Shown here one piece after another: positions 46,884-59,302 of a stretch of DNA of 64,000 nt; positions within the stretch are counted from its first letter, which is position 1; each line of letters opens with the position of its first letter. The stretch is from Azolla caroliniana. Taxonomy: Eukaryota; Plantae; Polypodiophyta. A model generated the notes under the pieces. That model searched no databases. It saw only the letters and a program-made list of their open reading frames with translations, and was not told the DNA's origin. Location of the stretch: the NCBI GenBank assembly GCA_043228905.1, contig JBHGNT010000011.1, forward strand, positions 6,634,001 through 6,698,000, written 5' to 3'. Position numbers and translations under genes: made by a program.

Positions 46884-47641
46884 TGTTGGGAGACAGGTCC
46901 CTCTGGATGGGATGAGGAGTACCCGGCTACGGAGAGCCGGATGGTGCAGGCCCGGTGAGAACCGGATGAGAAGTACCTGGCTACGAAGAGCCGGATGGTG
47001 CAGGCCCGGTGAGAACCGAATGAGGAGTACCCGGCTACGAAGAGCCGGATGGTGCAGGCCCGGTGAGAACCGAATGAGGAGTACCCGGCTACGAAGAGCC
47101 GGATGGTGCAGACTCGGTGAGAACCGGATGACGAGTGCCCGGCAAGATCCGGATGATGCAGGCCCGGTGAGGAGCGCTCTCCGGATGAAGAGACATATTC
47201 GTAAATATGTTTCTGAGAGTCCATCGTGGCTATATTTGTAAATAGACGAAAAGTCATATTAGTATAAATATGACTTAGGGCAAACTTTTAGTTGTTGTTA
47301 TTCTTGTCTGCGCGAGATCAGAGCGCGTAACTGTGTACAAAGAGAGAGAGAGAGAGAGAGGAAGAGGTCGTTGCCTTTGTTGTAACCGCCGCCTGTGGCG
47401 AAGGTCGTGAGCACGAGGTCGTTGCCTCCGTGAACTCACTGTTGTACATTCTAACATAGTGATAGTTTGCAGCCTGTGGGCTGCCGTGGTTTTTCCCTTA
47501 GTTTTGGTTTTCCACGTAAACATCCTGTGTACTCTTCTCTTCTTCGTGTCGTGCATTCTATTTCCCGTTTTCTGTGTATGATTCTAAGCTCGGTTGTGGC
47601 CGAGCGTTGCGTATAGGGAGCTTGTAGTTCCCGTCAAGGTG

Positions 47642-49667
47642 CAATTGGAAGACATGCTATTGGTTGGATCAAAACTTACTTTGAGTTAAATTGTGAAGTT
47701 ATGCCCACTACAGGTAGGATGCACCTTTTTGATAATTACACACGTAGGGAAGTTTATGATGTCTATCGATCTGATATGGTGGGCTCACGTAATAAGTCGG
47801 TCACATATAGCCAATTCACAAGATTATGGAGAGCTCAGTTTTCAAATGTTATCATTCCACGTAAAGTACGCATGGGTATTGCTCCATTTGTGCAAATCTT
47901 AAAAGTTTGGCTAAAGATGCAAAGACATCAATGGAAAAGGATATGAGTAAGAAGTTACTACAAGAGCATCGAGAGGCACAATCGTTAGAACGAAAGAAGG
48001 CGATGCATCATAGAGAGAAGTGTTTGAAGAGGCCCGAACAATACATGTGCTTAATGATAGATGGCATGGACCAGAAGAAGACGTGTTTGTCACATATGTG
48101 GAGGCTCCCCAAAGATGTCAATGATGAGTGCCTTGTTCAAATGCACTTGGTGGGATGCTTGGCTTATATTAGGTCTGTTGGACCTCACGTCTTCATTACA
48201 TACCCCAATGTTCACAATGACCCTAACCTAATAGTTACAGTGATTCACCGAGTTTTGATGTCTTGGGGCCAACCTTTCCCCCCTGTTCTATACATTCAAT
48301 TGGACAATACTGCTAGAGAGAACAAAAATTCAAATGTGTTTGGCTATCTAAGTATGTTGGTCAGCCAAGGATTGTTTAGGAAAGTGAAAGTCAATTTTCT
48401 TTTGGTTGGCCACACACATGATCATATAGATCAGATGTTTAGCACATTCTCTAGACAGTTGTCTCGGCATGATGCTTTCACATTACCTAAACTATTTGAT
48501 GTCATTTGTGATGCATATACACCATGCCCAAAAGTGTTACACTTGAAGGAGGTATATGACTTTAAGAGATATATATTAGATGGGGGTGTTGGGAATGTTA
48601 AAGTGCTTGCCCAATTAAACAATATAAGCTTCAATCACATTTTTACGATAAAGAAAAATGAAATAAGTGGTTCTACACTTCTGTATGCTAAACAATATTC
48701 ATCTTCTACAACATGGGAACCTGAAGGTGGTTGCCAGTTATTACTTTGTATGCCGAGTACAATTGTCCATGGAGCTAAGCAAATGCCAATTGAGAAGAAA
48801 GGACAGTTGCAGAGTGACTTGGTATCGGAACAAAAATAGTTATGGCTCCAAGCCTTAGAAGAAAAAAGAAAGCATATTGAGGCTGCCATGAAATATGCCG
48901 CACAACAAGACACATCATGGTGGGATGTATTTTATATTGGTCAGAAAGGAATTATAGACAATTGTGTATTTGGTGATAATTGGAATTTGGAAATGCCATT
49001 CACATGGTCGCTGCAACACGATCATGTAAATAGAACTCTGGAGCAACCAGCAAATGTGATTAATGATAGTTTGGTCCATCGACAACAAAGAGACATTTAT
49101 GTGGGACCAAGGATGACCAAAGCAACCGAAGCTAGATGGCAAGGCAATTTGCAAGAGCTCACGACGGGGATGTTGATTGCAACGCCAGCTGATGAGAATT
49201 CACATGGCCACGAATTTTGGGTTGGTAAAATTCTAGAAGTGTTAATGCATGAAATAGAAAACACTATCAAGTCTATAAACGTTCATTGGTACAACACTAG
49301 AAGTGCAAATGCTTTTACAGGTAAGTATACATTGGAGATGATTGAATGCCCAACAAGAAGGGGAGGTAGGAAGAGGAAGCGAAACATTCGTAACACCTCT
49401 ACCCATGATATCTTTAATGTGGATATCATCGTGTACGACTTCACACTTACAAAAGCCGGACAATTAAGGAAGTCAACAATAGATATAATAAAAGAAAAAT
49501 TACCAGGTCTACAAGGTGGCTCGAGTCAAAGCCAAACGAGATATGCTACATATAATCTAGAGTCAAACCATTTGGTTTATGACGAAGATAATGCACTGAT
49601 TGGTACATCTGAGGATGACGAGAAGGAATCGTCATTGTATATTAGTTATAGTAGTGATTCTGCGTAA
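47642..49667 (+). pseudogene. Sola1-like DDE transposase: catalytic and C-terminal parts
   Basis: YSQFTRLWRAQF, C(S)IC after a 1-nt frameshift, CLMIDGMDQKKT, LYIQLDNTARENKN, VNFLLVGHTHDHIDQMFS. One TAG at 48837-48839, then the same frame to 49667. Confidence 0.85.
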
Positions 49668-49999
49668 AGGAATGATCATGAATGTATTTTTGGCTATTAA
49701 GTGTAAATACATTCCACTTGTAACAAATCGCGTAATATAAAAGCATGTGTTTTGAATTCTTATGATTTCTAGAAAATTGTTTCTTATAAAATAACATTCG
49801 TTATAAAGTTTGTGATATAAATTGAGAATGTAACTTTTTGAAATTCCTCTTTTTTTAGTTACTTTTAAATCATGAAAATAGTGGATTTTTAACCTTTTTC
49901 ATAGTATGTTTGAACATGTATGATATTGGTATCAATGTGTTTTGTAAAATCATTGAAAAAGCCCTAAAATCAACCAAATTTTTTCTTATCCTTCCATTT

Positions 50000-50035
50000 A
50001 TGCGCGATACTTCCACTTGTGAAAGCGAACGTGTT
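50000..50035. repeat. Right terminal inverted repeat of the large DNA transposon
   Basis: ATGCGCGATACTTCCACTTGTGAAAGCGAACGTGTT; the reverse complement of ~49880-50035 aligns with 25347-~25500. Confidence 0.88.
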
Positions 50036-50399
50036 CTTTCCATTAAAGCTTGTTTCTCTATAAGTTTCTGCCTTCCTCTTTTTCTGTGTTGTTTTCCAAG
50101 TACACAAACAGATTCTCATACGCTTTTGCATACGCACACACCTAACAAACCCTCTACACGATATAGTTGCCAATACACGGGATGCGATGAAAGTCATAGG
50201 TGTATAGGTGGGAATAGTCGTGACTACACTCATACGAGATCATGGTAAAATGACCCTTGCCTCACAAACAACCCACTGTACCAAGGGTTCGAGAGGGGTA
50301 GAATATCTGAGGGAGTGAGCAAAGCATTGAGCATATGGCGGTGCAGGATCCTCGATAGCAATGCCCTAGGAGATGAAATCGGATTTGACCCGCCCTTCG

Positions 50400-50471
50400 C
50401 GCTGTTGTCGAGGATCGAACCCAGGTCACCCGCGTGACAGGCAAGAATACTCACCACTATACTCTAACGAC
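50400..50471 (-). pseudogene. tRNA-Asp(GTC)-like copy
   Basis: Minus strand GTCGTTAGAGTATAGTGGTGAGTATTCTTGCCTGTCACGCGGGTGACCTGGGTTCGATCCTCGACAACAGCG; close to plant cytosolic tRNA-Asp with several stem substitutions. Confidence 0.85.
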
Positions 50472-51347
50472 ATCCTCATGTTAGAGGAGCTATCCATTAT
50501 AGAACTCGTTCGCAGTAGGGACCAGAATGTCAAAAATGAGGCCCGATTTCGTCCCCAGTACACAGGATGCGACAAAATTCGTCCGCGTATGGGCAGGAAT
50601 ACCCATGAGTGCACTCAGACAATATCATGGTAATATGCGCCCTACCTCACGAACGACCCACTGCATCCCACAAGTGTTCGAGCGGGGTAGAGGATCCGAG
50701 GGAGCAAGCAAAGCATTGAGCATATGGCGGTGCAGGAACCCGGGTCACCTGCGTGACAAGCGGGAAAACTCACCACTATACTACAACGACATCCTGGTGT
50801 TGGAGGAAGTATCCTCCATACTACTCATTTGGACTATGGACCGTAATGTCGAAAACGAGGCCCGGTTTCATCGCCAATAAACGGGATGCGACGAAGTTAG
50901 TTTGCGTATGAACGGGAATACCCGTGAGTGCATTCTGACGAGATCATGGTAATATGGGCCTTGCTTCACAGACAACCCATTGTACCCCACAAGGGTTCGA
51001 AAGGCGTGGATGCTCAACACGGCTCACCCGCGTGATAAGCGTGAATACTCACCTAGTGTTCGACGAAGTGTCCTCTGTACTACTCGTTCGGAGCATGGAC
51101 CGGAATGTCGACAACGAGGCCCGGTTTTGCCACCAATACACAGGATGCGAAGAAGTTCTTCTGCATATGAACGGGAATATCCGGGAGTACCCTCGGACGA
51201 GATCATGGTAAATATCAACCCTCCGTCGCGTCGCGGACGACCCAGAAGGGCTCGAAAAGGGTAGAGAATCCGTAGGAGCGAACAAAGCATTGAGCATACG
51301 ATGGTCCGGGATCCTAGGAGATAACATTAGATTTGCCCTGCCCTTCG

Positions 51348-51418
51348 CGTCGTTGCTAGAGATCGAACCCGGGTCACCCGCGTGACAAGCAAGATACTTC
51401 CTACTATACTACAACGAC
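51348..51418 (-). pseudogene. tRNA-Asp(GTC)-like copy
   Basis: 71 nt; anticodon GTC and GGTTCGATC retained; D arm mutated. Confidence 0.8.
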
Positions 51419-52054
51419 ATCCTTGTGTTAGAGGAAGTATCCATCGTACAACTCATTCAGAGCATGGACTGGAATGTCAAAAACGAAGCTCGGTTTCATC
51501 GCGAGTACAAGAGATGCACCAAAATTCGTCCGCGTATGGGCAGGAATACCCGCAACTGCACTTGGAGGAGATCATGGTAATATGCGTGCTACCTCACGGA
51601 CAACCAAGTCTACCACACAAGGGTTTGAACGGGGTAGAGGATCAGGGGGAGCGAGCAAAGCATTGAGCATATGGCGGTGTGGGAACCAAGGTCACCCGCG
51701 TGACAAGCAGGAAAACTCATCACTACACTACAACGACATCCTGGTGTTGGAGGAAGTATCCTCCGTACTACTTGTTCAGACCATGGACCATAGTGTAGAA
51801 AACGAGGCCCGGTTTCGTCACCAATACCAGGATGTGACGAAGTTTGTCCATGTATGAACGGGAATACCTGCGAGTGCACTTGGACGAGATCATGGTAATA
51901 TGGGCCCTCCTAGCGAACGACGCATTGTACCCCCCAAAGGGTTCGAAAGGGGTAGAGTAATTTGGAGGAGCGAGCGAAGCATTGAGCATACGATGGTGTG
52001 GGATCCTCGTCCACAATGCCCTAGGAGATGACATCACATTCGTCCCGCCCTTCG

Positions 52055-52126
52055 AGTTGTTGCCTAGGATCAAACCCGGGTCACCTGCATTACAGGCAAG
52101 AATAGTCACCACTATACTACAACGTC
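52055..52126 (-). pseudogene. tRNA-Asp-like copy, anticodon loop mutated
   Basis: 72-nt homolog of 50400-50471. Confidence 0.75.
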
Positions 52127-53232
52127 ATCATGATGTTGGAGGACGTATCCATCATACAATCTGTTTGGAGCATGCACCGGAATGTCGAAAACCAGCCCCG
52201 GTTTCGTCGCCAATACACGGGATACGACGAAGTTCGTCCGCGTATAAACAGGAATACCCGTGAGGGCACTCGGATGACATCATGGTAATATGGACCCTAC
52301 CTTGCGGACGACCCACTGTAGCCCTCCAAGGGTTTGAAAGGGGTAGAAGATCCGGGGGAGTGAGCAAAGCATTCAGCATATGGCGGTGCGGGAACCCGGG
52401 TCACCCTCGTGACAAGTGGGAAAACTCACCACTATACTACAACAAGATCCTGGTCTTGGAGGAAGTATCCTCTATACTACTCGTTCGGATCATGAACCGG
52501 AATGTCGAAAACGAGGCTTGGTTTCGTCTTCAATATACAGGAAGCGACGAAGTTCGTCCGCGTATGAACGACAATACCCGTGAGTGCACTCGGACGAGAT
52601 CATGGTAATATGGGTCGTGCCTCGCGGACGACCCAATGTACCCCAGAAGGGTTTGAAAGGGGTATAGAGAATCCGGAGGAGCGAGCAAAGCATTGAGCAT
52701 ACAACGGTGCGGAATCCTCAACGGCAATGCTCGAGCAAAGCATTGATCACATGGTGGTGCGGGATCCTAGTCGGCATGGCTCTAGGAGATGACATCGTCT
52801 TCGACATGCCCTTCACACCTTTGTCGGGGATCGAACCCGGGTCACCCACGTATAATACAACGAAGGTCGAAAATGAGGCCCGATGTCATCAGCATACAAC
52901 TTCTTCGGACCATGGATAGGAAGGTCGAAAATGAGGCCCGATGTCATCAGCATACAACTTCTTCGGACCATGGATAGGAAGGTCGAAAATGGACCATACA
53001 AGGGATGCGACAAAATTCGTCTGCGTATGGGCGGGAATACCCGTGACTGCACTCAGACGGGATCATGGTAATATGCACCATGCCTCGCGGATGAGCCATT
53101 GTACCTCAGAAGGCTTCGAAAGGGATAGAGGATCCGCGGGAGCGAGCAAAACATTCAACACATGGCGGGGCGGGATCGAAGGTGGCAATGCCCTAGGAGA
53201 TGACATCGAACTCGACCCGAAATAGCCGTCTA

Positions 53233-53304
53233 GGCCTTTGCCGAGGATTGAACCTGGGTCACCTGCGTGACAAGTGGGAATACTCACCACTATGCTACAA
53301 CGAC
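53233..53304 (-). pseudogene. tRNA-Asp(GTC)-like copy
   Basis: 72-nt homolog of 50400-50471. Confidence 0.78.
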
Positions 53305-53618
53305 ATCCTCATGTTAGAAGTATCCACCGTACGACTTGAACCATGGATAGGAAGGTCAAAGAGAAGGCCCAACATGTTCGCTAGTACAGGGGATGCGACG
53401 AAATTCCTCCGCGTATGGATGGGAATACATGCAACTCCATTTAGATGAGATCACGGTAATATACGCCCTGCCTCGCGAACGAGTTGTTGTACCCCAGAAG
53501 ACTTCCAAAGGGATAGAGGATCAATTTTTACGAGAAAAACATAAAGCACATGGCGCTCGGTGAGGGATCCTAGGAGGCAATGCCCTAGGAGATTACATGG
53601 AATTCACCCCGACCTTCG

Positions 53619-53690
53619 TGTGGTTGTTGAGAATCAAACACAGGTCACCTGAGTGACAAGCAGGAATACTCACCATTATACTACCACGAC
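53619..53690 (-). pseudogene. tRNA-Asp(GTC)-like copy, strongly degenerate
   Basis: 72-nt homolog with a mutated B box. Confidence 0.7.
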
Positions 53691-53755
53691 ATCCTCGTGT
53701 GGAAGTATTGACCATAGAACTGGTAGGGGATGTGACGAAATTCGTCCTTGCATAG

Positions 53756-56700
53756 TGACGGGAACTCAACGCTCCTTATCCACAATGCTCGGCCACAACC
53801 GAGCTTAGAATCATACACATAAAACGGGAAATAATAAACGACACAAAAAAGAGAAGAGTACACAAGAGGTTTACGTGGAAAACCCCAACCTAGGGAAAAA
53901 ACCACGGCAACCCACAGGCTACAAACTGTCACTATGTAAGAATATACAACAGTGAGTTCACGGAGGCAACAACCTTGTGCTCACAATCTTCGCCACAGGC
54001 GGCGGTTACAACTGAGGCAACGACCTCTATCTCTCTCTCTCTCTCTCTTTCTGTACACTATTACGCGCACTAATCTCGTGCACAACAAGAATGACAACTG
54101 TACTACTAAAAGTTTGCCCTAAGTCATTTTTATACTAATATGACTTTTCGGCTACTTACAAATATAGCCATGATGGACTCTCAGAAAACATATTTACGAA
54201 TATGTCTCTTCATCCGGATCTCACCGGGTCTGCACCATCCGGCTCTCCGTAGCCGAGTACTCCTCATCCGGTTCTCACCGGGTCTGTACCATCCGGCTCT
54301 CCGTAGCCAGGTACTCCTCATCCGGTCTTCACCGGGTCTGTACCATCCGGCTCTCCGTAGCCGGGTACTCCTCATCCGGTCTTCACCGGGTTTGTACCAT
54401 CCGACTCTCTGTAGCCGGGTACTCCTCATCTGGTCTTCACCGGGTCTGTACCATCCGGCTCTCCGTAGCTGGGTACTCCTCATCTAGTCTTCACCGGGTC
54501 TGTATCATCCCGTTGTCCGTAGCCGAGTACTCGTCATCTAGATTCGGCCTCGGCCGAGTTTGTTCATCGGCACTGTTCTTCTCCCTTCCCATCCGGAGGG
54601 ACCTGTTTGCTAACAAACTCCCCCTTCACTCCGGCATGGGGTGTCTTACCAGTCCGATCCTCCTCCGGCATGCATCCAGCTTGTTGGGTATCAACACTTT
54701 GGTCAGCATATCTGACCCGTTCTCGGTCGTGTGGATCTTCGTCAGCGCAAACTCCTGGTCATCTACTCTTTCCCGGATCTAGTGATACCTTCGCTGGATA
54801 TGCTTCGTCCGGGAATGGTAGGCCGCATTCTTAGCAAGGTGGATGGCACTTTGACTGTCGCAATAGAGCCGATATTCATCTTGCCGGATACCGAGCTCTC
54901 CGATGAAGTCCTTCATCCAGAATATTTCCTTGCCGGCTTCCACAGCCGCCATGTACTCCGCCTCCATGGTTGACAACGCAACCGTCTTCTGCAGCCTCGA
55001 CTGCCACGAAACAGCTCCCCCTGCATATGTCATTACATACCCGGATGTAGACCGGCTGGTATCCACATCAGCCGACATGTCCGAATCGGTGAAACCGTCA
55101 AGTTGAGTTTTCCCGGAGCCGAATCGGAGACACATATTTGAAGTGCCCTTCAAATACCACAGTATCCATTTGACCGTGTTCCAGTGCTCCTTGCCGGGAT
55201 TGCTCATAAACCGGCTCACCACTCTGACTGCGTATCCTATATCCGGTCGGGTACACACAATTGCGTACATCAAGCTCCCGACGGCAGAGGCATATGGAAT
55301 CTTCATCATATCCGCCTTCTCTGCTTTCGTCTTCGGGCTTTGCTTTTACCGGATAGCCTGCAGTTTGCCGGAAGTGTCGATCCGACCGGTTTCACATCTG
55401 ACATGTTCAACCGGTGAAGCACCCTTGTCACGTACTTCTCCTATGACAGCCATAATTGCTTCGCTGACCGGTCCTGAATGATGTGCATCCCCAGCATCTG
55501 TCTTGCCGGGCCCAAGTCTTTCATTGAGAAGGTCCAGTTGAGAGCCTTCTTCAGCATCCATATTTTGACTAGGTCCCGTCCGACGATCAACATGTCGTCC
55601 ACGTACAGAAGGAGTATCAGGAAGTTGCCTCCTTCGAACTTCTTCACAAACACGCAGTGATCAGCCTGTGTCTTGTGGTACCCTTGATCGGTCATGAAGG
55701 AGTTGAACTTCCGGTACCATTGCCGGGGGGCCTGCTTCAACCCGTAGAGGCTCTTCTTCAACCGGCAAACCAAGTGCTCCTTCCCTTTCTCCACGAATCC
55801 TTCCGGTTGCTGCATGTAGATTTCCTCTTCGAGGTCACCATTGAAGGAATGTCGTCTTCACGTCTAGCTGCTCTACCTCGAGGTCCATGCTTGCCGCTAT
55901 ACTCAGCACCATCCGGATGGAGGTCATCTTTACTACCGGGGCAAATATCTCATCGAAGTTCACGCCCTTCTTCTACTGGAACCCCTTCACCACGATCCTG
56001 GCTTCGTATCTCGAGGGGTTGCCGGCATCTCCCGGTTTCAACTTGTACACCCACTTGTTTCGGAGTGCCCGCTTTCCTTTCGGCAACTCCACCAATTCGT
56101 ACGTATGGTTCTCATGCAGGGAATCCATCTTGTCCTGCATGGCACTTAACCATTTTCGGTTGTGGGTGTCATCCTTCGCTTCTTCGAAGCTTTCCGGCTC
56201 CCCCTCATCGGTCAGCAGAACATGCTCTGCATCCGGAAATCTCTGGGGGGCCCTTCTCTGTCTGAGAGGATATCTTCGTCTTCGGGCTTCGGTAACCGGC
56301 TCCTCCATTTGCTCTTCATCCGAATCTGAATCGGGGTGTTGGCCGTTTCCGGTTTCAGCTTCCTCTACTTCTTCTTCTTCCGGTTCGATATCCTCACCGT
56401 AACCGGCTGGCTCCTCGAGTGCTAACCGGTCTCTTGCTAGTTGGGATTGTTCATTGTAGAGTCTATCCAACTCCCAGTCGGCGAGCGTCTTGTTCTCCAT
56501 GAAGATAATATCTCGACTCCGGAATACCTTCTTGTCGACCGGGTCCCACACTCGGTAGCCGAACTCATCGTCGCCGTAACCGAGGAATATGCATGGCCGG
56601 GTCTTTGGATCTAACTTTCCTCTCCGGTTCTTAGCTACATGCACGTACGCGAGACACCCGAACACCTTCAGATGCCGGTAGGACACTTCCTTACCGGTCC

Positions 56701-59037
56701 AAACTCTCTGTGGCGTGTCTCCGTCCAAAGGTACTGAGGGTGATCTATTTATCACGTATGTCGCCGTCGACAATGCCTCAGCCCAAAACTTCTTGGGTAG
56801 TTTTGCATGCGCTAGCATACTCCAGACCCTCTCCATTATGGTCCGGTTCATCTGCAAGCCTCTTCATCCCCTTCTCGCTCATATGACACAGCCTCTTGTG
56901 CCATAGCTCACCAGCAGTGTCGGATGCCACGTTCACTTCTTCTGGACATAACCGGGCATTCATCAGGTACAGAGTGTTTACCTTCCGGGCCCGAGCCACA
57001 ATCAGGCTCCCTTTGCTGAACTTCATGACACCGTTCCGGATGCTACCCGTGTAGCCCTCATCATCTAGCCAACCGGCTGATATCAGGTTTAATCGAACCT
57101 CCGAAACATGTCGGACATCCTTCAGCAGCAACTTGCATCCGGTTGGTGTCGACAGCCACACGTCTTCTATGCCGACAATTTGGCATGTACCTTCATTCCC
57201 CATCCGGACACAACTGTGATCACCGGCTGAGTAGGAAGAGAAGCATTTCCGGTTCGGGGTAAGGTGGAACGACGCTCCAGAGTCTACCACCCAGGTCATC
57301 TCGTCACCAGCAAGGTTTATCTCACTCTCCTCGGTGATGAGCATCAACTCCTCTTCACTTGCCGCGATTGCCGTCGTTCCCTTCCGGTCCGGTCCCCTAC
57401 GGTCTTTACCATTCCAGTCCGGTGTCCGCTTCGAATCGGTGCCGTTGGTTTCCTTGGCTTTACGGAAGTGCCGACAGTTCTTCTCGAAGTGTCCCGACTT
57501 GCTACAATAGAAGCAAGTAGGCCTCCCCCTTGACTTTGACCGTGTCCCCGACTTCTCCCGGTTCTGGGGACTACGGTTTCTGTGTCTTCCGCGTTCCGAT
57601 TCGGTAAGGAGCGCTTTGGAGTCGGAGCTCGTATCCTTATCTTTCCGACGCGCCTCCTCATCCAGCAAGCTCAACTTCAGTCTTGCTAGGAATAACCGTT
57701 TTCCTTCCGGCCCGGCGTTGCCGAAAGTGACGACCAACGTCTCCCAGCTATTCGGGAGGGAACCGAGCAGGAGTAGTGCTAGTACCTCGTCGGCGAGAGG
57801 TACTTCCAATGATGTTGCCTGGTGTATCAGCCCATGGAAGGCATTCATGTGCTCCGCCATGCTGGAGCCATCTTGGTACTGTATTCTTACTAGATTCCAG
57901 AATACCGAAACCTGATTAACAACATTTTTGTTTTGAAACATTATGCTGATCTTCTCCCAGAGCTCATGAGCCTTGCTCTCTTCATTGAAGTTGTTGTGCA
58001 GGCTCATGTCGATGAAGCACCGTATGTACGCCGTTGTCTTCATGTCCATCACCTCCCATATCGCGGCATTGATTTTGTCCGGTCTCTTGTCCCCGAACTG
58101 AACCGGCAGCCAGAGGTCTTTAACCACGAGCATGTCCCTCATCTTCGACTTCCACATTGAATAGTTGGAGCCGGTGAGCTTGAACATGCCGCCAAATGAT
58201 TCGTCCATTTTCTGTGTCGTTTCACTCTGATACCACTTGACGGGAACTCAATGCTCCTTATCCACAACGCTCGGCCACAACCGAGCTTAGAATCATACAC
58301 AGAAAACAGGAAATAATAAACGACACAAAGAAGAGAAGAGTACACAGGAGGTTTACGTGGAAAACCCCAACCTAGGGAAAAAACCACGGCAGCCCACAGG
58401 CTACAAACTGTCACTATGTAAGAATGTACAACAATGAGTTCAAGGAGGCAACGACCTCGTGCTCACAATCTTCGCCACAGCCGGCAGTTACAACTGAGAC
58501 AACGACCTCTATCTCTCTCTCTCTCTCTCTGTACACTATTACGCGCACTAATCTCGTGCAAAACAAGAATGACAACTACAACTAAAAGTTTGCCCTAAGT
58601 CATTTTTATACTAATATGACTTTTCGGCTATTTACAAATATAGCCATGATGGACTCTCATAAAACATATTTACGAATATGTTTCTTCATCCAGTTCTCAC
58701 CGGGTCTGCACCATCCGGCTCTCCATAGCCGAGTACTCCTCATCCGGTTCTCACCGGGTCTGTACCATCCGGCTCTCCGTAGCCGGGTACTCATCATCCG
58801 GTCTTCACCAAGTTTGTACCATCCGGCTCTCCGTAGCCGGGTACTCCTCATCTGGTCTTCACCGGGTCTGTACCATCCGGCTCTCCGTAGTCGGGTACTC
58901 CTCATCCGGTCTTCACCGGGTCTCTATCATCCGGCTCTCCGTAGCCGGGTACTCGTTATCTGGATTCGGCCTCGACCGAGTTTGTTCATCGGCACTGTTC
59001 TTCTCCCTTCTCATTCGGAGGGACCTGTCTCCCAACA
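53756..59037 (-). mobile_element. Copia (same family as 23256-47636) with an internal integrase deletion, inserted into the tRNA-Asp array
   Basis: LTRs 58238-59037 (5') and 53756-54615 (3'); TSD CATAG at 53751-53755 and 59038-59042; PBS 58224-58235; gag ORF 56778-58208; integrase core missing at ~56850. Confidence 0.94.
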
Positions 59038-59230
59038 CATAGGAGGGAATACCTACGAGTGCACTCGGATGAGATCATGGTAATAAGGGCCCTGCCTCGT
59101 AGAGGACCCACTGTACTCCCCAAGGGTTCAAAAGGGGTAGAGGATCCAGGGTTGTGAGTAAAGCATTGGTAGTGTGGGATGCTAGGCCGCAACATTCGAG
59201 TAGATGACATCAGATTCAACTTGGCCTTCG

Positions 59231-59302
59231 CGCCGTTCCCGGGAATTGAACCCGGGTCACCCACGTGACAGGCGGGAATACTCATCATTATACTACAATG
59301 AC
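59231..59302 (-). pseudogene. tRNA-Asp(GTC)-like copy
   Basis: Minus strand GTCATTGTAGTATAATGATGAGTATTCCCGCCTGTCACGTGGGTGACCCGGGTTCAATTCCCGGGAACGGCG. Confidence 0.82.

Larger units (their letters stand above)
23256..47636 (+). mobile_element. Copia retrotransposon with 54-bp tandem repeats in its LTRs, hosting nested insertions
   Basis: 5' LTR 23256-24058; PBS TGGTATCAAAGC 24061-24072; gag from 24088; pol pieces 24244-25346, 28403-29732 and 45068-46477; PPT then partial LTR 46488-46791; final LTR 46884-47636. TSD AGGTG at 23251-23255 and 47637-47641. Confidence 0.93.
17470..50035. mobile_element. Decayed Sola1-like DNA transposon (~8 kb net of nested insertions) carrying a transposase and a ParB-like/DNA amino-methyltransferase gene; left end not found
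   Basis: Right TIR 50000-50035 matches the TIR of element 25347-28398. Transposase split by the 24.4-kb Copia nest. Palindromic repeat shared with the non-autonomous element. The left boundary is only the junction with a truncated LTR. Confidence 0.7.

Noticed and set aside
50230-53448. Many short ORFs in the tRNA array
   Set aside because: Inconsistent frames between units and no recognisable motifs.
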